A stretch of DNA of 64,000 bases, from the NCBI GenBank assembly GCA_902495645.1, contig CABUXY010000002.1, positions 149,640-213,639 on the forward strand. The letters are read 5' to 3'. This document shows positions 57,919 to 64,000 of the stretch, piece by piece. The position numbers were made by a program, and so were the translations under genes. The notes beneath the pieces were generated by a model that ran no database searches, was not told the DNA's origin, and worked only from the letters and a program-made list of their open reading frames with translations. How positions within the stretch are numbered: the first letter of the stretch is position 1; every line of letters begins with the position of its first letter. This DNA is from an uncultured Collinsella sp. (GTDB taxonomy: Bacteria; Actinomycetota; Coriobacteriia; Coriobacteriales; Coriobacteriaceae).

Positions 57919-58857
57919 ATGAATATGTCCGATTTGATTAAGCTGACGCCGATCTTCCACGAGAAGATCTGGGGCGGCCGCCAGCTCGAAACCGTATTTG
58001 GCTACGACATTCCCGATGGCCCCATCGGTGAGTGCTGGGCCATCTCGGCCCACCCCAACGGCGACTGCCAGATTGCGGAGGGCCCGTATGCCGGCCACAC
58101 GCTGTCGTGGCTGTGGGCCGAGCATCGCGAGCTCTTTGGCAACTGCGAGGGCAAGGAGTTCCCGCTGCTCATTAAGATTCTGGACGCCAAGGACGACCTT
58201 TCGATCCAGATTCATCCCAACGACGAGTACGCCGCCAAGCACGAGAACGGCAGCCTGGGCAAAACCGAGTGCTGGTATGTGCTGGACTGCGAGCCCGGTG
58301 CCACGATCATTGTCGGCCAGCGCGCGCACGACCGCGCCGAGGCCGCGCAGATGATCGAGGACGGCCGCTGGGACGACATGCTCAACGTACTGCCGATCCA
58401 CAAGGGCGACTTTTTCCAGATTGATTCCGGTACCGTGCACGCCATCAAGACCGGCACGCTCATTTTGGAGACGCAGCAGTCGAGCGACGTGACGTATCGC
58501 CTGTACGACTACGACCGTCTCGGCACCGACGGCAAGCTGCGCCCACTGCACATTGAGCAGAGCCTCGACTGCATCGACTTTGATGCCCAGGCTCCGACCG
58601 ACGGCACGGTAACCGCACCCGAGGTCGATGGCGTGACCGAGCTCGAGTCTAACTCCTGCTACACCGTCGATCGCGTGCGTGTCGACGGCAGCAAGACCCT
58701 CGACCAGCGCTGGCCCTTCATGTGTCTGTCGGTCATCGACGGCGAAGGCACCGTCTGCGGCGACCCCGTCCACAAGGGAAGCCACCTGCTGGCACCCAGC
58801 ACCGTCAGCTCCATCGACCTCGAAGGCAAGATGGAACTGATCATCAGCCACCTGTAG
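57919..58857 (+). CDS. manA: Mannose-6-phosphate isomerase, class I
   Basis: KIWGG, GECWAISAHP, LSIQIHP, KTECW, HAI, DVTYRLYDY. Confidence 0.93.
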   Translation: MNMSDLIKLTPIFHEKIWGGRQLETVFGYDIPDGPIGECWAISAHPNGDCQIAEGPYAGHTLSWLWAEHRELFGNCEGKEFPLLIKILDAKDDLSIQIHPNDEYAAKHENGSLGKTECWYVLDCEPGATIIVGQRAHDRAEAAQMIEDGRWDDMLNVLPIHKGDFFQIDSGTVHAIKTGTLILETQQSSDVTYRLYDYDRLGTDGKLRPLHIEQSLDCIDFDAQAPTDGTVTAPEVDGVTELESNSCYTVDRVRVDGSKTLDQRWPFMCLSVIDGEGTVCGDPVHKGSHLLAPSTVSSIDLEGKMELIISHL

Positions 58858-59138
58858 GTCGCACCAACAACCCAAACGCAACAAGGGGCTCTCCCGTCCA
58901 TGTGCGGGAGAGCCCCTTGCCATATCTATTTATCAGCCCACCCGGCTCTCCAGATCAAAAAGCGAACGAGCAGAGCGACGTTCGCAAGCACCGTTACCCA
59001 AGGACCTGGGCGGGCGTATAGGGCAACATCGATCGCGAGTTCCGCACGCAAAGGAGAGCACTTAATGTGCTCTCCGTCTTGCGCAGGACTGCCCGAGCAG
59101 GCGATGTTGCCCTATACGCCCGCCCAGGTCCGCCAGGA

Positions 59139-62033
59139 TCACGACAGCTTGACGATCGGCGCAAAGCCCTTCATCAGCTTTTTGGTCTGGCCGGTCTTTT
59201 CGAACTGGACCTCAATCATGTCTCCGGCGACCGAGATCACGGTACCCGTACCAAAGGTCTTGTGGCTCACGGTATCGCCTGCGGCAAAGTCCTGCGACGC
59301 GCTGGCACGATCGACCTTGCGCTCCACCGTCGGAGACACCTTGGACGACGGCTTTTTGGCTCGCGGCGCACCCGAACCAAAGGTCGAGGCAACACGGCCG
59401 GCGTCGGGCGAGACCCCACGATGGCGCTCGGTCCCGCGGCTGCTACCGCCAAAGAAATCGTCAAAGCTCGATCCGCCGCGCAAACCGGAACCGCCGGTCG
59501 AGCGCGTATGCGAACCAAACACCTTGCCGCCGTACATATCCGAGCCCATGCCCGAGCCAAAGGTGCCGCGACGGTCGCCGCGCTTCTCCCAGCCCGTGCC
59601 CTCAAAACCGGCAGAACCGATGCCGCTAAACTCGATGTCCTCAAACGGAATCTCGTTGAGGAAGCGCGAGCGCGGGTTGGCAGAGGTCGAGCCGTAGGTG
59701 CGACGCGTGGCCGCATAGGTCAAGAACAGGCGCTTACGAGCGCGCGTGATGGCGACGTAGGCCAGGCGACGCTCCTCCTCGAGCTTGCCTGGGTCATCGC
59801 TGCCGCCAAAGTCGTGCACGTGCGGGAAGATGCCCTCCTCCATGCCGGCCACGAACACCGCAGGGAACTCCAGGCCCTTGGCGGAGTGGATGGTCATCAT
59901 GGTAATGGCATGCGTCTCGCCGGCCAGGGAATCCAAGTCGGAGCGCAGGGCCAGCCACTCCATGAGTGCCGGTAGCGCCTTACAGGTGAGCGGACCATAG
60001 GTGCGCTCAATCTCGTCGGCATGCACGGCACCCGCCGGCATCCCCGTCGGCGCGGCATACGCGTTGCCCGCGATGGCGGCGGCCAGGGCATCCTGCGGCG
60101 AGAGCGCCGGGGCGGCTAGGCTATCGAGCGGATTGGAACCTGCGGCATCGCGCGCGCCGACGAGTGCCTCAAACGAGGATGCCGGGGCAAATGGCCCCGG
60201 TTCGGGCGCGGGCGCGCTCACCACGACGGGCTCGGCGCCGGCAGGCACGTCGGCAACGCCGGCTGCGCGCAGCTCTTCCAAGCTCTCGAGCGTACCCTCG
60301 ATATCCTCGTGCGTCTCCTCAAATTCGGCGGCGACGCCCAGGAATTCCTGAATGTTCTCGGCGCGGCTCTCGGACTCCATGGTGCCCTCGGCGCGAAACG
60401 CCTGCAGCAAGCCCGTCTTATCGACGATCATCTCGACAACGTCCTTGAGCTCGCCGTCCATGCGGCGGCCCTCGCGCACCAGCGACACAAAGCTCGACAG
60501 GCCGTTGCGCACCTTGGCACTAAACATGCCCGTCTCGGCGCACGCGATCTCGCAAGCCTGGAAGAACGAGCAACGGTTGTCGCGCGCCAGCTGCTCGATC
60601 TTTTGGATCGAGGTGGAGCCGATGCCGCGGCGCGGCGTGTTGATGACGCGCTTGACGCTCATCTCGTCGGCCGGGTTCACGATCATCTTAAGGTAGGCCA
60701 TGACGTCGCGGATCTCGGCACGGTCGAAGAATCGCGTGCCGCCCACGATCTTGTAGGGCACGCCCGCGCGCAGAAACATATCTTCGAGAATACGCGACTG
60801 GGCGTTGGTGCGGTAGAACACGGCGATGTCGTCGTAACTCGTGCCCTTGGCATGCAGCTTTTCGATCTCGCCGGCAATCCAGCGACCCTCGTCGCGCTCA
60901 TCGCTTGCCTGGAAGGCCTGGATCTTCTCGCCGTCGCCCTCGGCCGTAAACAGGCGCTTGTCCTTGCGCTGCGAGTTGTGACGTACCACGGCGTTGGCGG
61001 CGTTCAGGATATGACCCGTAGAGCGGTAGTTCTGCTCCAGCTTGACGGTCTTGCAGTCTTTAAAGTCCTTCTCAAAGTCCAGGATATTGGTGATGTCGGC
61101 GCCACGCCAGCTATAAATGGACTGATCGTCGTCGCCCACGACCATGAGGTTTTGGTACTTGGCAGCCAGCAGGTTGGCGATCTCGTACTGGACGTGGTTG
61201 GTGTCCTGATACTCGTCGACGCTAATGTAGCGGAAGCGCTCTTGGTACTTGTCGAGCACCTCGGGGCGGGTGCGCAGCAGCTCGAGCGCGCGCACGAGCA
61301 GGTCGTCAAAGTCCATCGCATTGGCGGCGCGCAGGCGGCGTTCCAGCTCTAGGTATACCTGCGCGGCCTTTTTGTCGTTGGGGCTATCGGCGCTCTTGAG
61401 CATGTCCTCGGGGCCGATCATGGCGTTTTTTGCCGAGCTGATCCTGCTGCGGATCATGTTGATGGGGAACTGCTTTTGCTCGATGCCGAGTGCCTGCATA
61501 ATGTCGCGCACCATGCGCTTTGAGTCATCGTCGTCGTAGATGGTGAACTGACCGGTGTAGCCCAGCAGGTCGGCGTCCTCGCGCAGCATGCGCACGCACA
61601 TGGCATGGAAGGTGCACACCCACATGCCACGGGTGCCGCTGGGGATGAGCGCTGCCAGACGCTCGCGCATCTCGGCCGCGGCCTTGTTGGTAAACGTAAT
61701 GGCAAGAACCTGCCAAGGCTTAACGCCCAGATCGCCAAGCATATGCGCGATGCGGAAGGTCAGGACGCGGGTCTTGCCCGAGCCGGCGCCAGCGAGCACC
61801 AGCAGCGGGCCCTCGGTGGACAGGACCGCCTCGCGCTGGGCGGGATTAAGGCTGTCGATGTCGACGAACGGCTTGGCGGGTTTGGGTGCCGGCGCGGGGG
61901 CGTCGTAGATGTCGAGCGGGACGAGCTCGGGCTCCGGCGCAGCAGGGGCGGTGTATGCATCGAGCGGCACGGGTTCCGGCGCGGGCGGCACGGGTACCGC
62001 GGCGTTCTTTTCCCAGGGCAAGGGCTGGGTCAT
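59139..62033 (-). CDS. pcrA: ATP-dependent DNA helicase PcrA/UvrD
   Basis: AGAGSGKT, VDEYQD, GDDDQSIY, LEQNYRS, TIHSAKGLEF, YVAITRA; C-terminal Tudor-like domain. Confidence 0.93.
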   Translation of the reverse strand: MTQPLPWEKNAAVPVPPAPEPVPLDAYTAPAAPEPELVPLDIYDAPAPAPKPAKPFVDIDSLNPAQREAVLSTEGPLLVLAGAGSGKTRVLTFRIAHMLGDLGVKPWQVLAITFTNKAAAEMRERLAALIPSGTRGMWVCTFHAMCVRMLREDADLLGYTGQFTIYDDDDSKRMVRDIMQALGIEQKQFPINMIRSRISSAKNAMIGPEDMLKSADSPNDKKAAQVYLELERRLRAANAMDFDDLLVRALELLRTRPEVLDKYQERFRYISVDEYQDTNHVQYEIANLLAAKYQNLMVVGDDDQSIYSWRGADITNILDFEKDFKDCKTVKLEQNYRSTGHILNAANAVVRHNSQRKDKRLFTAEGDGEKIQAFQASDERDEGRWIAGEIEKLHAKGTSYDDIAVFYRTNAQSRILEDMFLRAGVPYKIVGGTRFFDRAEIRDVMAYLKMIVNPADEMSVKRVINTPRRGIGSTSIQKIEQLARDNRCSFFQACEIACAETGMFSAKVRNGLSSFVSLVREGRRMDGELKDVVEMIVDKTGLLQAFRAEGTMESESRAENIQEFLGVAAEFEETHEDIEGTLESLEELRAAGVADVPAGAEPVVVSAPAPEPGPFAPASSFEALVGARDAAGSNPLDSLAAPALSPQDALAAAIAGNAYAAPTGMPAGAVHADEIERTYGPLTCKALPALMEWLALRSDLDSLAGETHAITMMTIHSAKGLEFPAVFVAGMEEGIFPHVHDFGGSDDPGKLEEERRLAYVAITRARKRLFLTYAATRRTYGSTSANPRSRFLNEIPFEDIEFSGIGSAGFEGTGWEKRGDRRGTFGSGMGSDMYGGKVFGSHTRSTGGSGLRGGSSFDDFFGGSSRGTERHRGVSPDAGRVASTFGSGAPRAKKPSSKVSPTVERKVDRASASQDFAAGDTVSHKTFGTGTVISVAGDMIEVQFEKTGQTKKLMKGFAPIVKLS

Positions 62034-62280
62034 GGGCGACTCCTCATCTGACGGACGGCGCGCCTGCGGGCAGCGCCATAGTTTGAGCCGTACCAGTATA
62101 CCGAGCCGCGCGGACACCGACGCAAATCACACCACGACTCCGTGCGCCACCGTCAGGCCCTCCCCAGCGGATTTGGTGCATTGGGGTCAGGTTAGTCTGC
62201 ACCAATCAATTGACAATCACGAAACCGCCGATGTCATGGCAGCAGCAGCGAGCGGTGGCCGGGGCGAACAAATTGGCATG

Positions 62281-62321
62281 AAAAGGGGCGGCATAGACCT
62301 TCTGGTCATGCCGCCCCCTTT
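62281..62321. terminator. Terminator downstream of uppP
   Basis: AAAAGGGGCGGCAT...ATGCCGCCCCCTTT. Confidence 0.7.
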
Positions 62322-62365
62322 GAATGACAAGTTGTCGCCCCGGCCGCCGCGCAGCGTCGACTAAG

Positions 62366-63340
62366 TTAGAGGCCGAGCATCGGCTCCAGGACGAAGAAGT
62401 ACGCGAGCACCACGATGCCCAGGATGATGCGGTAGACGCCGAAGCACTTGAAGTCGTGACGGCGAACGAAGCCCATAAGCCACTTGATGGCAATGAGCGA
62501 CACCACAAAGGCGACGACGCAGCCCACGCCCAGGATGGCGATCTCGTTGGTGCCGAAGGTACCGCCCTTAATAAAGTACTTGACCAGCTTGAGCGCGCTC
62601 GCGCCAAACATGACGGGAATAGCCAGGAAGAACGTGAACTTAGACGCCACCGAGCGCGTGCAGCCCAGTAGCAGGCCGCCGATGATCGTGGAGCCGGAGC
62701 GCGATGTGCCCGGAATCAGCGAAAGCACCTGGAAGCAACCGATACCCAGCGCGGTCTTCCAGCTCAGATCCTCGAGCGTAGTGATGGAGCCAAAGTCAAG
62801 GTTATCGTCATCGTCTGAAGCGGCAGCCGCAGCGGGCGCGGCAAAATGCGCACCGGCGGGGCGTCCGCCCACCACCACGGCACGCGAACCAAACGAACCG
62901 GCAAGAGCAGCCTGGTCGCGCTTGTTCGCGCGCCAGTTCTCGATCACGATAAACAGCACGCCGTACACAATGAGCGCCAGCGCCACGACGGGAGCATTGT
63001 AGAAATGCTCCTCCATCCAGTCGTTGAGCGGCAGACCGATCGCCGCGGCGGGAATGCAGCCGAGCACAATCTTGCCCCATAGCACCCAGGTGTCGCGACG
63101 GCCCTCCTTGCCCTTGCTGGGAGAAAACGGGTTGAGGTCGTAGAAGAACAAAACGCAGACGGCCAAAATGGCGCCAAGCTGAATCACGACCAGGAACATA
63201 TTCCAGAACGTCTCGCTCACGTTCATCTTGACGAACTCGTCCACCAAGATCATGTGACCGGTCGACGAAACAGGCAGCCATTCGGTGATGCCCTCGACCA
63301 GGCCCATGAAGGCAGATTTTAGAAGCTCAATGATATCCAA
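62366..63340 (-). CDS. uppP: Undecaprenyl-diphosphatase (BacA)
   Basis: GLVEGITEWLPVSSTGH, IQLGAILAV, PGTSRSGSTI; probable TTG start. Confidence 0.93.
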   Translation of the reverse strand: MDIIELLKSAFMGLVEGITEWLPVSSTGHMILVDEFVKMNVSETFWNMFLVVIQLGAILAVCVLFFYDLNPFSPSKGKEGRRDTWVLWGKIVLGCIPAAAIGLPLNDWMEEHFYNAPVVALALIVYGVLFIVIENWRANKRDQAALAGSFGSRAVVVGGRPAGAHFAAPAAAAASDDDDNLDFGSITTLEDLSWKTALGIGCFQVLSLIPGTSRSGSTIIGGLLLGCTRSVASKFTFFLAIPVMFGASALKLVKYFIKGGTFGTNEIAILGVGCVVAFVVSLIAIKWLMGFVRRHDFKCFGVYRIILGIVVLAYFFVLEPMLGL

Positions 63341-63588
63341 AGGGACCCCCCTCGTTAGACACCCGCCGATATTGTTCTGCGGACGGTGCGGGCGATGTCC
63401 CATTATCAACCGTTGGCGGCGCGCCTGCGCCTACCCTTACCAAAAAACTCGCCCGTTCACAGAATTGCGAGCGGTCAAACCCAAATCCTTGGGTATAACT
63501 GCAACAAGATAAAGTGTCCGGCGGCCACGCATCCGCGCCCGCCCGATGCACGAGCCCCACGCCCGTGCGATAGACCAAGGAGGAAACC

Positions 63589-64000
63589 ATGAACGAGGGC
63601 TACACCAAGGTATTTGTTTCACTCGACGGTACTGAGCAGCAGGATTTTGTGCTCGCACGCGCCATCAAGGTCGCCGCGAACAACGGCGCCAAGCTGATTA
63701 TCGGCCACGTTATCGATTCCACGGCACTCGAGAGCGCTGGTTCCTATCCGGTCGATCTGGTCAACGGACTGGAGGAGGCATTTAAGAACTCCATCGCCAA
63801 GCAGCTCGAAGAGGCCAAGGCCAATCCCGATATTCCCGAGGTCGAGGTCATGATTCGCGCCGGCCGTATTCGCGAGACGCTCAAAGACGAGATGCTCGAC
63901 GTGGTCAAGCCCGACCTGGTACTCTGCGGCGCACGCGGCCTGTCCTCGATCAAGTATGCGCTCCTGGGTTCGATTTCGACGTTCCTGCTACGCAACACCG
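63589..64000 (+). CDS. Universal stress protein (runs off the window end; absent from the ORF track)
   Basis: AAGGAGG SD; MNEGYTKVFVSLDG...LIIGHVID...PDLVLCGARGLSSIKYALLGSISTFLLRN. Confidence 0.9.
   Translation, partial: MNEGYTKVFVSLDGTEQQDFVLARAIKVAANNGAKLIIGHVIDSTALESAGSYPVDLVNGLEEAFKNSIAKQLEEAKANPDIPEVEVMIRAGRIRETLKDEMLDVVKPDLVLCGARGLSSIKYALLGSISTFLLRNT

Overview
GC-rich bacterial chromosomal window. Gene content and style suggest gut Coriobacteriia, most likely Collinsella (inference). 1-14.5 kb: three paralogous lactose-family PTS IICB / GH1 6-phospho-beta-galactosidase modules with two LacI regulators, a DeoR regulator and galM. 14.7-30.3 kb: tRNA-Thr(CGT) and a partly lower-GC GalNAc / galacto-N-biose-type cluster (GH35, mannose-family PTS IIB/C/D/A, agaS, nagA, lacC, two GntR), scattered with pseudogene remnants. 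30.3-64 kb: mostly housekeeping genes (icd-like, DegV, hpf, comF, ricT, holB, tmk, topA, hypAB, tatBC, nhaA, ppaC, glk, manA, pcrA, uppP, Usp). The non-coding structure is the most interesting part: (i) three arrays (10 units) of an ~80-bp-period palindrome with an invariant 25-nt variable loop; (ii) a raiA-motif RNA hidden under the false 5' extension of an ORF; (iii) a putative DUF559/Vsr-like nuclease gene followed by a 217-bp element with 47-bp inverted repeats; (iv) a 152-bp element with perfect 25-bp inverted repeats; (v) a dispersed family of hairpins with a 17-nt GGG(A)C loop, one inverted pair of which brackets a whole gene between tmk and topA; (vi) a candidate ion-sensing leader upstream of nhaA. 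No CRISPR-Cas, transposase or integrase was recognised. All calls were made by eye, without database searches.
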